Position numbers and translations under genes: made by a program. Positions 20,076-29,219 of a DNA stretch of 64,000 nucleotides are shown piece by piece. A model generated the notes under the pieces. It did not search any database. It was not told the origin of the DNA and worked only from the letters and a program-made list of their open reading frames with translations. The stretch covers positions 8,426 to 72,425 of the forward strand of contig JAPKHT010000008.1 in assembly GCA_026646655.1 (NCBI GenBank), in the 5' to 3' direction. The stretch comes from Verrucomicrobiia bacterium (GTDB lineage: Bacteria > Verrucomicrobiota > Verrucomicrobiia > JADLBR01). Numbering within the stretch: position 1 is the stretch's first letter; every line of letters starts with the position of its first letter.

Positions 20076-21818
20076 GTGGCCAAGTCGAAAGTCGAGGAGA
20101 TCAAGGAACAGAGCCGGCAGTTGCGCGGCACGATCGCGGAGACGCTCGCGGGCGAGGCGACGCATTTTTCCGAGGAGGACTACCAGCTGCTGAAGTTCCA
20201 CGGGAGCTACCAGCAGGATGACCGGGACCTGCGCGCGGACCGCAAGAGGCAGGGCCTGGACAAGGCGTGGATGATGATGGTGCGCTGCAAGAGTCCGGGC
20301 GGCGACATGACCGCGGAGCAGTGGCTGGCGCACGACCGGATCGCGGACGAGCTGGCCAATGGCACCCTGCGCCTCACCAGCCGTCAGGGCGTCCAGTTCC
20401 ACGGCGTGCTCAAGGGCAACCTCAAGGAGGTCATCGCGCGGATCAACCGCTCCGGCCTGACGACGCTGGGGGCATGCGGCGATGTCGTGCGCAACACCAT
20501 GGCCCCCGCAACGCCCCTCAAGACGCCGGCGCACATCGCCTGCCAGTTGCTGGCGCGCGAGATCAGCCGCGAGTTCTTGCCCAAGACCACCGCGTATCCC
20601 GAGATCTGGCTCGACGGAGAGAAGCTGAACTTCGAGCCCGGCAAGGAGGTCGAGGAGCCGGTCTACGGGAAGCACTACCTGCCGCGGAAGTTCAAGATCG
20701 GCATGGCGGTGCCGCCGCGCAACGACTGCGACATCTACACGCAGGACGTCGGGTTGGTGTGCCACGCCACGGCCGACGCGGTCGAGGGATTCACGGTCCT
20801 GGTCGGGGGAGGCTTCGGCATGTCGCACGGCCAGGCGCTAACGTACCCCGTGCTGGCGAGGCCCCTCTTCTTCGTCAAACCCGAGCACGTGATCGAGGCC
20901 GTGCTCGCCATCATCGCCGCGCAGCGCGACCACGGGAACCGCGAGGACCGCAAGCAGGCCCGCCTCAAGTACGTCATCGAGAAACACGGGATCGACTGGT
21001 TCCGCAAGGAGGTGCTGGCCCGCATGAAGGCGCCGACCGCGCCGGCGCGGGAGGTGCGGTTCGACACCGTGGGCGACATGCTCGGCTGGCACGAGCAGGG
21101 CGACGGCAGGCTGTTCTGCGGCGTCCACGTCGAGCACGGGCGCGTCAAGGATGGCGAGGTCGCCCGATACCGATCGGCGTTCCGCGCCATCGCGCAGAAG
21201 ATCGGGTGCCCCCTCCGCATCACGCCGAATTCGCGGATCCTGTTCTACGACATCGACCCCTCGCGGCGCGCCGAGGTCGACGCGATACTCGCGGGGCATG
21301 GCGTGCCCCTGCCGTCCGGCATGACCGAGGCGCGCAAGACCTCGCACGCCTGCGTCTCGCTGCCCACCTGCGGCCTCGGTCTCGCCGAGAGCGAGCGCGT
21401 CTTCGGCTCCGTCATGGACAAGATCGACGCCGTGCTCCGCGATCTGAAATTGGACGGGGAACCCCTCCTGATCCGCATGACGGGCTGCCCCAACGGCTGC
21501 TCCCGGCCCTACAACGCCGACCTCTCCTTCGTGGGCCGCGCGCCCGGCAAGTACGCCTTCTACGCGGGCGGCTCGCACCGCGGCGATCGGCTCGCCGGCC
21601 TAGAAAAGAAGGTCGTCACCGAGGAGGAGATCCCGTCCGTCGTGCGCGGGTACCTCGAGGAGTTCGTCAGGGGGCGCAAGGCCGGCGAGTCCTTCACGGA
21701 CTTCTGGGGCCGCACCCGCGGCAGCGGGGCCGCGCCGCACCCGTCCCAGTTCCACGAGGAGTTCGCCGAGCGCGCCGCCAAGGGCCCCGGCAAGGGCTGC
21801 TCCGGGGCGGAGGGCTGA
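20076..21818 (+). CDS. cysI: Assimilatory sulfite reductase hemoprotein (CysI/Sir family)
   Basis: LKFHGSYQQDDRD, ACGDVVRN, YLPRKFKI, siroheme/[4Fe-4S] ligands CVSLPTCG...GCPNGC. GTG start with GGAGG. Confidence 0.9.
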   Translation: MAKSKVEEIKEQSRQLRGTIAETLAGEATHFSEEDYQLLKFHGSYQQDDRDLRADRKRQGLDKAWMMMVRCKSPGGDMTAEQWLAHDRIADELANGTLRLTSRQGVQFHGVLKGNLKEVIARINRSGLTTLGACGDVVRNTMAPATPLKTPAHIACQLLAREISREFLPKTTAYPEIWLDGEKLNFEPGKEVEEPVYGKHYLPRKFKIGMAVPPRNDCDIYTQDVGLVCHATADAVEGFTVLVGGGFGMSHGQALTYPVLARPLFFVKPEHVIEAVLAIIAAQRDHGNREDRKQARLKYVIEKHGIDWFRKEVLARMKAPTAPAREVRFDTVGDMLGWHEQGDGRLFCGVHVEHGRVKDGEVARYRSAFRAIAQKIGCPLRITPNSRILFYDIDPSRRAEVDAILAGHGVPLPSGMTEARKTSHACVSLPTCGLGLAESERVFGSVMDKIDAVLRDLKLDGEPLLIRMTGCPNGCSRPYNADLSFVGRAPGKYAFYAGGSHRGDRLAGLEKKVVTEEEIPSVVRGYLEEFVRGRKAGESFTDFWGRTRGSGAAPHPSQFHEEFAERAAKGPGKGCSGAEG

Positions 21819-21843
21819 CCCGAGAATTGCCGCAGCGCTTCCC

Positions 21844-21886
21844 GTGGCCGAACGCGTGAGCGTTTGGCCCAAGCCTCGCGGGCTAC
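21844..21886. repeat. REP-like element, second copy
   Basis: gtggccgaacgcgtgagcgtttggcccaagcctcgcggg. Shares upstream flank gac.cga..attgccgc with the 18.65 kb copy. Confidence 0.7.
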
Positions 21887-21926
21887 GCCGACGCGACTGA
21901 CCTGCATCGGGCGGTCTTGCTTTGCG

Positions 21927-21962
21927 CCAGCCCGGCGGACTTGGCAAAGTCCGACGGGCTGG
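21927..21962. repeat. GTCGGAC/GTCCGAC palindrome family, subtype B, abutting the aguB RBS
   Basis: ccagcccggcggactt-ggca-aagtccgacgggctgg, 16-bp arms with 1 mismatch. Confidence 0.85.
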
Positions 21963-21974
21963 TAGGAGTTGAAG

Positions 21975-22880
21975 ATGCCGCGAAAGAAGAACCCACGTGA
22001 CGGGAAGTTCTCCATCGGGGTGATCCAGATGGCGCTGTCGGCGAGGCCCTCCGAGAACATGAAGGCCGCCGCCGCGCGCGTCGCGCGGGCCGCGCGCTCC
22101 GGCGCGCAGGTCATCTGCCTGCCCGAACTGTACCGGTCGCAATACTTCTGCCAGCGGGAGGACGCGGCGCTCTTCGACCTCGCCGAGCCGGCCCACGGCC
22201 CATCCTTCAAACTCTTCTCCGGCGTCGCGCGCAAGCACCGCGTGGCCCTCGTCGTGCCCTTCTTCGAGCGCCGCGCGGCAGGCCTGTACCACAACAGCGC
22301 CCTGGTCATCGATGCCGATGGCTCGCTCGCCGGACTCTACCGCAAGATGCACATCCCCGACGACCCGGCCTATTACGAGAAATTCTATTTCACGCCCGGC
22401 GATCTCGGTTTCCGCGCATTCGACACGCGATTTGGCCGCATTGGCGTGCTGATCTGCTGGGACCAGTGGTACCCCGAGGCCGCCCGTCTCACCGCGCTCC
22501 AGGGCCCCTCGGTCCTCTTCTATCCCACCGCCATCGGCTGGCACCCCGAGGAGAAGAAACGGCTCGGCGAACGCCAGCGCGATGCCTGGTTCACCGTGCA
22601 GCGCGGCCACGCCATCGCCAACGGCACCTACGTCGCCGCCGCCAACCGCACCGGCCTGGAGCGGCCCGTGAAAGGCCAGGACGGCATCGAGTTCTGGGGC
22701 ACCTCCTTCATCGCCGACCCGCAGGGTGCCGTCGTGGCCAAGGCCGGCACCGCATCCGAGGAGACGCTCATCGCCGAGGTCGACCCGGCCCACCTGGAGG
22801 ACATCCGCCGCAACTGGCCCTTCCTCCGCGACCGCCGCATCGACGCCTACGGCGATATCACCCGCCGCATGATCGATTGA
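21975..22880 (+). CDS. aguB: Carbon-nitrogen hydrolase, N-carbamoylputrescine amidase-like
   Basis: LPEL (Glu), YRKMHIPDDPAYYEKFYFTPGD (Lys), ICWDQWYPEAAR (Cys), YPTAIGW, WPFLRDRR. AGGAG RBS. Confidence 0.88.
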   Translation: MPRKKNPRDGKFSIGVIQMALSARPSENMKAAAARVARAARSGAQVICLPELYRSQYFCQREDAALFDLAEPAHGPSFKLFSGVARKHRVALVVPFFERRAAGLYHNSALVIDADGSLAGLYRKMHIPDDPAYYEKFYFTPGDLGFRAFDTRFGRIGVLICWDQWYPEAARLTALQGPSVLFYPTAIGWHPEEKKRLGERQRDAWFTVQRGHAIANGTYVAAANRTGLERPVKGQDGIEFWGTSFIADPQGAVVAKAGTASEETLIAEVDPAHLEDIRRNWPFLRDRRIDAYGDITRRMID

Positions 22881-22882
22881 CC

Positions 22883-22915
22883 AGGAATCTGTCGGACTGC
22901 GTCCGCCAGATTCCT
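22883..22915. repeat. GTCGGAC/GTCCGAC palindrome family, subtype A (15+3+15)
   Basis: aggaatctgtcggac-tgc-gtccgccagattcct, 1 mismatch. Directly after the aguB stop; may act as a terminator hairpin. Confidence 0.85.
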
Positions 22916-22937
22916 CGCTCGCGCTGGCGCGCGAGGA

Positions 22938-23115
22938 GGCGCGACCTGCGAGTTCTGCCACAACATCGCTCGCGACCCCGTGCACGCCCACGACTGCCAC
23001 CCACGCTGCTCCACGTGCCGCCGTCGACCGCGAGCATCTGACCTTCCGCCACCAGGTACGCCGCTTCCGCCTCACCGATGTCCGCGGGAAGGTCGCAAGG
23101 CCGATCATCGCTTGA
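22938..23115 (+). pseudogene. Decayed 3' fragment of a DUF1501 gene
   Basis: Manual translation across two frameshifts: GATCEFCHNIARDPVHAHDCH/TLLHVP/VDREHLTFRHQVRRFRLTDVRGKVARPIIA*. Matches the DUF1501 C-terminus (compare DPVHVRDLHATLLHLLGIDHERL at 12.9 kb). Confidence 0.8.
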
Positions 23116-23126
23116 CCCTGAGAACC

Positions 23127-23834
23127 CTATCCGCCGATCCGCCAAGATCCATGAACAATGCACAGCTCTTTGCGAAGATTCGAGATCGTTACCTTCGCAT
23201 CGGACCTGTCCAACTTCAACCGAAAGTCCGGTGGCGTCTTTCCCACAGGGATGTCGACGGTGGGACCATCTGCGCGGAAGAACCGCTGAGGGACATCCAA
23301 GATCGGCTCGAACAGCGTTCCGGGAACTTCCACAAGCTCGTAGACGGACGTCTTGGCGAAATAGCGCAGTTGGAAGATCCCGTCGACCTCCGTCGTGTAT
23401 CGGCGAAAGAGTTCGATTGTAAGCTGTTGGCGTCTCCGCGCGGTGCGGCAGTCCTGGATCCAGGCCGCCTCCGTGAGCTTGCTGATGTGAAGGATCGAGT
23501 CCCGCATCGATTGAGCCTTCGACGACTTGAGGCTCAGGCGTTTTCCATGGACGGAAATGTCCCAAAACCGTTGTCCTTTCGGCGCGACCTCAATTGCGAG
23601 ACCCGCCTGTCGGCAAGAGGCCTCGAACGCGGCCTCGAATCCCTCCTGGAACAGGGGATTCCCCATGAACACGTGCTGGGCAAGAAGACGCGAACGAAAC
23701 TCATCAGCAAACGCCCGATCGACAAGATCAGATTCGGGATTGATCTCTTCTCGGCAAGGAGTCCTTAGGGCAGCGACAAGCTCTGCGACGCGGCGCCCCT
23801 CGGCTTGGTTAAGCGGCGGATCGAAGGTTTGCAT
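23127..23834 (-). CDS. Putative type II restriction endonuclease (PD-(D/E)xK-like; recalled resemblance to the EcoICRI/Eco53kI group)
   Basis: Overlaps the methyltransferase 3' end by 26 nt. WDISV...SLKSS catalytic-like spacing; ISKLTEAAWI and KVTIS...C..HGSW resemble that family from memory (unverified). Confidence 0.7.
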   Translation of the reverse strand: MQTFDPPLNQAEGRRVAELVAALRTPCREEINPESDLVDRAFADEFRSRLLAQHVFMGNPLFQEGFEAAFEASCRQAGLAIEVAPKGQRFWDISVHGKRLSLKSSKAQSMRDSILHISKLTEAAWIQDCRTARRRQQLTIELFRRYTTEVDGIFQLRYFAKTSVYELVEVPGTLFEPILDVPQRFFRADGPTVDIPVGKTPPDFRLKLDRSDAKVTISNLRKELCIVHGSWRIGG

Positions 23835-25155
23835 GGAAAAGTGACGGTTGCGCCGACCGGATGATGTCTGACTTTCGCAAGTGGGTCTGCGGCAGAATCA
23901 CGCTTGCGATTTCAGGCCGTTTGCCGGTCAGAATCCAGTGGCAAACGTGGGCCAATTGGAACGCGACGAGAGGCGGCACGGCGTCGCCGATGTGCCGATA
24001 CATATTCGAGATTGCCGTGCCATAGAACTCGAAATCGTTTGGGAATCCTTGCAGCGCGGCCATCTCGCGGACCGTGCAGAGACGATTCTCCTGGGGGTGC
24101 GCGTACCTCCCGTTACCAATGTGCGCGCACTCACGCTTGATGGTGGGCGCCGGCTTGTTCCACGCCATTCGACCATATACATCGGGGTGGGAGCCGAACT
24201 TGCGCGCCGCCGCCCGCCTCTTCATGGCATCAGTCAGAAGCGACCCCGAGTCCGGGCGCGCCAGCAGGTCCATCCATGATCCGCCGTCCTTGGGTACGGA
24301 GGCCAAGCGGCGCTCCACTTCGGGATCTGCAAAACGAGGATACAGATCGCTCCCCGAGGAGCGTGCGTCAATCGAAGAGAACGCACGACGGACGGTGATG
24401 GCCTCTGGCCTGATCGCCCACCCGTCCCAGAGTGCGTCTAGGGTGAACAACGGCAGATTGGACCTTGCCGCGATCACGATGGCCCGCTCCCGCTGCTGCG
24501 GCAAACCGAAGGCCGAAAGCATGTAATTCCGGCCAACGACATTGTAGCCATTCTGTTCGAGGAATTCCCTGAACCAGACGAAGTGGTGGTGGAAGTTCCC
24601 GCGGATGAGCTCGCGGGCGTTCTCCATCACCACGATTTCGGCGTTGAGCGCAACCGCGAATTGAGCCGACTTACGAACAAGGCTGTTGCGCTTATCGTCT
24701 CGCAAGTGGTTCATCGGGTTTGTCCGACTGAAACCGGTGCAGGGCGGACACACCGTGAGAACGTGAATGGGAAGGCCCGGTGGTATGCCTAGCGCCTCGC
24801 CTAGGTCTTCCGGGGCGATCCGGGAAAGGTCGATGGCCGTCGGCTCGATGCCGAGATTTCTCTGGAACGTCGTGTTGCATTGGAGCGTGCCCACGCCAAC
24901 GCTGGGCTTTCCAATTTCGGCGTCTGCGGCCGCGACGATCTCGAACGCCGAATGGCTCTGGAAACCGAAGCTCATCCCGCCCGCTCCAGAAAAGAGATCC
25001 GCGAAGCGGAATGGGGGCATCTTGCCGTTCGGGGCCACACTGAACTCCGGGTGACTCTCGCGAAGGTCCCCGGTGGTCTTGCCGTGAGATCGCCTTTGGT
25101 TTCCGGGTCGACTCTTTGGCGTGTTTGGGCCTCGCGGATGTCGCCGTCTCCTCAC
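23809..25155 (-). CDS. DNA (cytosine-5)-methyltransferase
   Basis: Motif I DLFSGAGG, IV PPCTGFS, VI MENA, VIII QQRER, IX-X REMAALQGFP...IGDAVPP. Start may be 25155 (GTG) or 25020 (ATG). Confidence 0.93.
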   Translation of the reverse strand: MRRRRHPRGPNTPKSRPGNQRRSHGKTTGDLRESHPEFSVAPNGKMPPFRFADLFSGAGGMSFGFQSHSAFEIVAAADAEIGKPSVGVGTLQCNTTFQRNLGIEPTAIDLSRIAPEDLGEALGIPPGLPIHVLTVCPPCTGFSRTNPMNHLRDDKRNSLVRKSAQFAVALNAEIVVMENARELIRGNFHHHFVWFREFLEQNGYNVVGRNYMLSAFGLPQQRERAIVIAARSNLPLFTLDALWDGWAIRPEAITVRRAFSSIDARSSGSDLYPRFADPEVERRLASVPKDGGSWMDLLARPDSGSLLTDAMKRRAAARKFGSHPDVYGRMAWNKPAPTIKRECAHIGNGRYAHPQENRLCTVREMAALQGFPNDFEFYGTAISNMYRHIGDAVPPLVAFQLAHVCHWILTGKRPEIASVILPQTHLRKSDIIRSAQPSLFHANLRSAA

Positions 25156-25270
25156 GGCCTCCCCCTATCGCAACGCTCATCAACGAACTCGAAGGATTTC
25201 ATGGCGTTTCCGAATCGATGCTATCATAAGCAGCGAGTGGCGCGAGCGGATTGTTGATGGGGGCGCAGGC

Positions 25271-26749
25271 TCACCGCAGCCGCGCCACGATCGCCGCCAC
25301 GCGTTCGGTGACTTCCTTGGGCATGGAGAGTTCCCTGGGCCAGCCGCGGCGGTAGCCCTCGCCGGGGAGTTTCGTGGTGGCGTCGATGCCCATGTGGGAG
25401 CCGATGTTGGGCTCGGTGGGGGCGTGGTCGAGGCTGTCGCAGGGCCCCTTCGTGAAGATCGTGTCGCGCTCGGGGTCGACGTTCGCGCACAGGTGGAAGA
25501 GGACGTCGGACGTGTCGTGGACATTCACGTGGGCGTCGACGGCCACGATGATCTTGGAGAACATCATCTGCCCCATGCCCCAGAGGCCGTGCATGATCTT
25601 GAAGGCCTGGTAGGGGTACTGCTTCTTGATGCTGACGAAGACGAGGTTGTGGAAGACGCCCTCGGCGGGCAGCGCGATATCCACGATCTCGGGGAAATTC
25701 ATGCGGAAGACCGGCATGAAGATGCGGACCGACGCGGTGCCCAGATAGAAGTCCTCCATCGGGGGCTTGCCGACGATCGTGGCGGGATAGACGGCGTCGC
25801 GGCGGTGGGTGATGGCGGTGACGTGGAAGACGGGATACTTATCCACGGGCGTGTAGAAGCCGGTGTGGTCGCCGAAGGGCCCCTCGTCGCGGGGGGGCTC
25901 GGCGGGATCGACGTAGCCCTCGATCACGAAATCGGAGTCGGCGGGCACCTCGAGGTCGCAGGTCTCGCACCGCACGAGGGCGGGGGACTTGCGGCGCAGG
26001 AATCCGGCCAGGAGAATCTCGTCGAGGCCATCGGGCATGGGCGCGGTGGCGGCGAATGTGTAGATCGGGTCGCCGCCGAGGCAGACGGCCACGGGCATCC
26101 GCTCGCCGCGCTCATAGTATCGCCGCCCGTGGCGGGCGCCGACCTTGTGGAGCTGCCAGTGCATGCCGGTCGTGGTCCCGTCGAAGACCTGCATGCGGTA
26201 CATGCCGATGTTGCGCTCGCCGGTGTCGGGGTCGCGCGTGTGCACGTTGGGCAGCGTGATGAATGGCCCGCCGTCCTCGGGCCAGCACTTCAGCACGGGC
26301 AACCCCGACAGGTCGAGGCCGCCGCCCGCGCCATCCATCCGGCGGATGACCTCCTTGCACGGGCCGGTGCCGGCGCGCGTGGGCCGGGCGTGCACCACGC
26401 CGAAGCCTCGCCTGAGCAATTCCCATCCCTCCGCCAGCGAGCGCGGCGGCTTGGCCTTGAGCAAGAACGCCATCTCGTCGGCGACCTCGTCGGGCGTCCG
26501 CCCGCCCAGCACGCGCCGCATGCGCTCCGCCGAGCCAAACAGGTTGATGCCCACGGGGAAGTTTGAGCGGTCCCCCCGGGGCAGGGTCGCGTTCTCGAAG
26601 AGGAGCGCCCTTCCCCCGCCCGGCGATTTCATGGCCGCGTCGGCGACCGCCGTGACCTCGAGCTCGCAGGAGACCGCCTCCCGCACGCGCAGCAGTTCGC
26701 CGGCGCGGTCCAGTTCGTCGACAAAGGCGCGGATTCCGTCGAAGGCCAC
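25271..26749 (-). CDS. UbiD-family decarboxylase (menaquinone/futalosine-pathway type)
   Basis: LKCWPEDGGPFIT, NIGMYRMQ, EGPFGDHTGFY, VGKPPMED, LWGMGQMMFSK, MGIDATTK. Confidence 0.9.
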   Translation of the reverse strand: MAFDGIRAFVDELDRAGELLRVREAVSCELEVTAVADAAMKSPGGGRALLFENATLPRGDRSNFPVGINLFGSAERMRRVLGGRTPDEVADEMAFLLKAKPPRSLAEGWELLRRGFGVVHARPTRAGTGPCKEVIRRMDGAGGGLDLSGLPVLKCWPEDGGPFITLPNVHTRDPDTGERNIGMYRMQVFDGTTTGMHWQLHKVGARHGRRYYERGERMPVAVCLGGDPIYTFAATAPMPDGLDEILLAGFLRRKSPALVRCETCDLEVPADSDFVIEGYVDPAEPPRDEGPFGDHTGFYTPVDKYPVFHVTAITHRRDAVYPATIVGKPPMEDFYLGTASVRIFMPVFRMNFPEIVDIALPAEGVFHNLVFVSIKKQYPYQAFKIMHGLWGMGQMMFSKIIVAVDAHVNVHDTSDVLFHLCANVDPERDTIFTKGPCDSLDHAPTEPNIGSHMGIDATTKLPGEGYRRGWPRELSMPKEVTERVAAIVARLR

Positions 26750-26781
26750 GGCGGCAAGGGTCGATCGCGACCCGCCCCGTG

Positions 26782-28170
26782 TCAAGAGGCGGACGGCTCG
26801 AGATAGAACTTCGGGTAGGGTCCCCCGTGGGCGGCCCGCCCGATGAGGAGGCACAGCTCGCGGAAGTGGTAGTCGCCCCACATGGACGATTCGCCGCAGG
26901 GGACGCGGTGGCCCGTCGGGAGCGCGTCCCAGGCCTTGGGGCGGAAGCACACCGAGTGCAGCAGGAGGCCCTGGTGATCGGGCGAGGTGCTCAGGTAGGG
27001 CTTGTCCAGCAGCGTGTCCGCGACCGTCAGGCCCGCGTGGTAATACCGCCGCCCGCCCTCGTGGTCATTGCGCGACATCAGGTAGTGCCCCAGGCGCAGC
27101 AGCGCCTGGGCCGCGATCGCCGCCGCCGAGCTGTCCACCGGCTCGTGCTCGTTGAACGGGTCGGCGGGCCGGGAGAGGTAATCCCCCATGCGCGCCAGCC
27201 CCGGCGCGCCCGTGTCCCAGTAGGGCACCCCGTCGAGCGCCGAATGGAACAGGTAGAAATCGCTCGTCGCCTTGGCCGTGACCAGGAATTCCCGCGCCAC
27301 CTCGCGCTTGCCCCCGAACCCCGCGAGCTCGGCGTCGGGCAGCGACTCGATGAACTCGAGCAGCTCGGCGAACCCGAGCATGACCCATCCCAGGCCGCGC
27401 GTCCACGTGGAGAACGGAGAGTAACCCTGCTGCGTGCTGGGGCAGCGGTACCTCCCATCCTTCGTGTTGAATATCGACTCGTGGGCGACCCTCCCCCGCA
27501 CGTCGTACAGGTCGCGGCCCTCCCCGAAATACACGTTGTGGCGCGCGGTGTTGCGCGCGTGCTGGAGCAGCCGCTCCAGGAGCGAGATCGACACGTCGCC
27601 CTCGGTGAGCAGCCGCTGGCCCAGCTGGTGCGCCAGCGCCAGCGCCCGGCACGAGCGGATCGTGTCGGCGAACAGCGAGTGGGGGCCGTTGAGCGAGTGG
27701 ATGAAGCCCGTGCCGTCCGACACCGTCGACCAGCGCGAGGCCTGCACCGCCCCCGAGACCCGCATCGCCAGCTCGTAGAAACGCCGCTCCCATGGCGCCT
27801 CCGGCACCCGGCCCTCGCCCATCAGCCTCAGGAGGGTGCCGAACGTGCTCACGTTGTTGAAGCCGTGGTCGTCGGCCCCGAGGTGCGTCAGGTGGGACAG
27901 CATCCGCTCCAGCGTCCGCGATCGCCCCAGCTCGAGGAATCGCGCGTCGCCCGTCGCGTCGAACTGCAGCAGCGCCGAGCCATACTGGAATCCGCGGGTC
28001 CAGTCCGCCCACTCGCGCGGCACGAAGCGCCCGCGCTCCGTGAAGACCGGGGGTCCCTTCGAGTGATCGTACAGGCTCTCGATCTCCAGGATCTTCTCCT
28101 CGGACAACTCCCAGAGCCGATCGATCTTCTTGCGCAGCGCCCCCGGGTTGAGTTGGTAGTTGATCCTCAT
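26782..28170 (-). CDS. GH88-like (unsaturated glucuronyl hydrolase-like) glycoside hydrolase
   Basis: DWTRGFQYG, DHGFNNVST, QQGYSPFSTWTRGLGW, PYWD, PVDSSAAAIAA, WGDYHFRE. Confidence 0.8.
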   Translation of the reverse strand: MRINYQLNPGALRKKIDRLWELSEEKILEIESLYDHSKGPPVFTERGRFVPREWADWTRGFQYGSALLQFDATGDARFLELGRSRTLERMLSHLTHLGADDHGFNNVSTFGTLLRLMGEGRVPEAPWERRFYELAMRVSGAVQASRWSTVSDGTGFIHSLNGPHSLFADTIRSCRALALAHQLGQRLLTEGDVSISLLERLLQHARNTARHNVYFGEGRDLYDVRGRVAHESIFNTKDGRYRCPSTQQGYSPFSTWTRGLGWVMLGFAELLEFIESLPDAELAGFGGKREVAREFLVTAKATSDFYLFHSALDGVPYWDTGAPGLARMGDYLSRPADPFNEHEPVDSSAAAIAAQALLRLGHYLMSRNDHEGGRRYYHAGLTVADTLLDKPYLSTSPDHQGLLLHSVCFRPKAWDALPTGHRVPCGESSMWGDYHFRELCLLIGRAAHGGPYPKFYLEPSAS

Positions 28171-28225
28171 GAGCGCCGCAGCCTAGCAGGAGGCGGGGCC
28201 GCCGTCCATCCCGGGCGCGACGCCA

Positions 28226-29041
28226 TCACTCCGGAAGTGCCACGACCTCGATGCCCTTGATCGGGGCCGTCAGGAAACGCCGGGCCACCCTCTCGAATTG
28301 CGCGGGCCGGTCGGTCAGGTAGATGTCGATGCCGCACCCGCCGCCGGGGGGCGCGGCCAACCCGAGGGCACCGAGCCGCCCGGCCACGTGCGCGGCGCAC
28401 GTGGTCGCCGAATCCACCAGCGCGACCCCCTCGCCGGCGACCTCGCGCAGCGCGGGCTTGAGCAGCGGATAGTGAGTGCACGCGAGCACCAGCGTGTCGA
28501 TGTCTTCCCGGAGCATGGGGCCCAGGTATTCCGCCAGCACCTGTCGGGTCACCGGATGCTCCAGCCATCCCTCTTCTACCAGCGGCACCAGCAGCGGGGT
28601 GGCGCGGGGCACGATATGCGCGCCGGGCCGCCGGGCCGCGATGGCGCGCTGGTAGGCCTCGCTGCCGATCGTCCCGGCGGTCCCGATGAGCCCGATCCTC
28701 CCGTTGCGCGTGCGGCCCAGCGCCGCCTCGACGCCCGGCTCCAGCACCCCGATCACGGGCACCTCTAGCGCGGCCTCGAGCGTCGGCAGGGCGAACGCCG
28801 TGGCCGTGTTGCACGCCACCACGACGGCCTTCACGCCGCGACCCAAGAGGAACGCGGCATCCTGCCTCGCGAAACGGGCGACGGTCTCCGGCGACTTGTT
28901 GCCGTAGGGCACGCGCGCGGTGTCCCCCAGATACACGATCCGCTCGTCGGGCAGCAGTTCCGCGATGGCCTGCACCACGGTCAGGCCCCCGATGCCCGAA
29001 TCAAAAACTCCGAGTGGGGCCTCCGCCCGTTGCGCGCTCAT
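28226..29041 (-). CDS. murI: Glutamate racemase
   Basis: GVFDSGIGGLTV, DTARVPYG, VACNTA, LACTHYP. Confidence 0.96.
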   Translation of the reverse strand: MSAQRAEAPLGVFDSGIGGLTVVQAIAELLPDERIVYLGDTARVPYGNKSPETVARFARQDAAFLLGRGVKAVVVACNTATAFALPTLEAALEVPVIGVLEPGVEAALGRTRNGRIGLIGTAGTIGSEAYQRAIAARRPGAHIVPRATPLLVPLVEEGWLEHPVTRQVLAEYLGPMLREDIDTLVLACTHYPLLKPALREVAGEGVALVDSATTCAAHVAGRLGALGLAAPPGGGCGIDIYLTDRPAQFERVARRFLTAPIKGIEVVALPE

Positions 29042-29219
29042 GGGTCGTGGGAAAAACGAAAAATAACCTCCCGCATCCCGCGCTGTCACGCGCATTCAAT
29101 GCCTGGCGGCGACGGGCGTGACAGCGGGCGCTTGACGGGGCGTCGCTTCTCGTCTCTCATTGAACCCGCGTGTCGGGTGCAACCCCGGAGGGGACGGCCG
29201 TCGCGCGGCGGAGAGACAT

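Noticed and set aside
22880-25270. Att sites or target duplications around the R-M cassette
   Set aside because: No convincing direct repeats found by eye, and no integrase or tRNA nearby.
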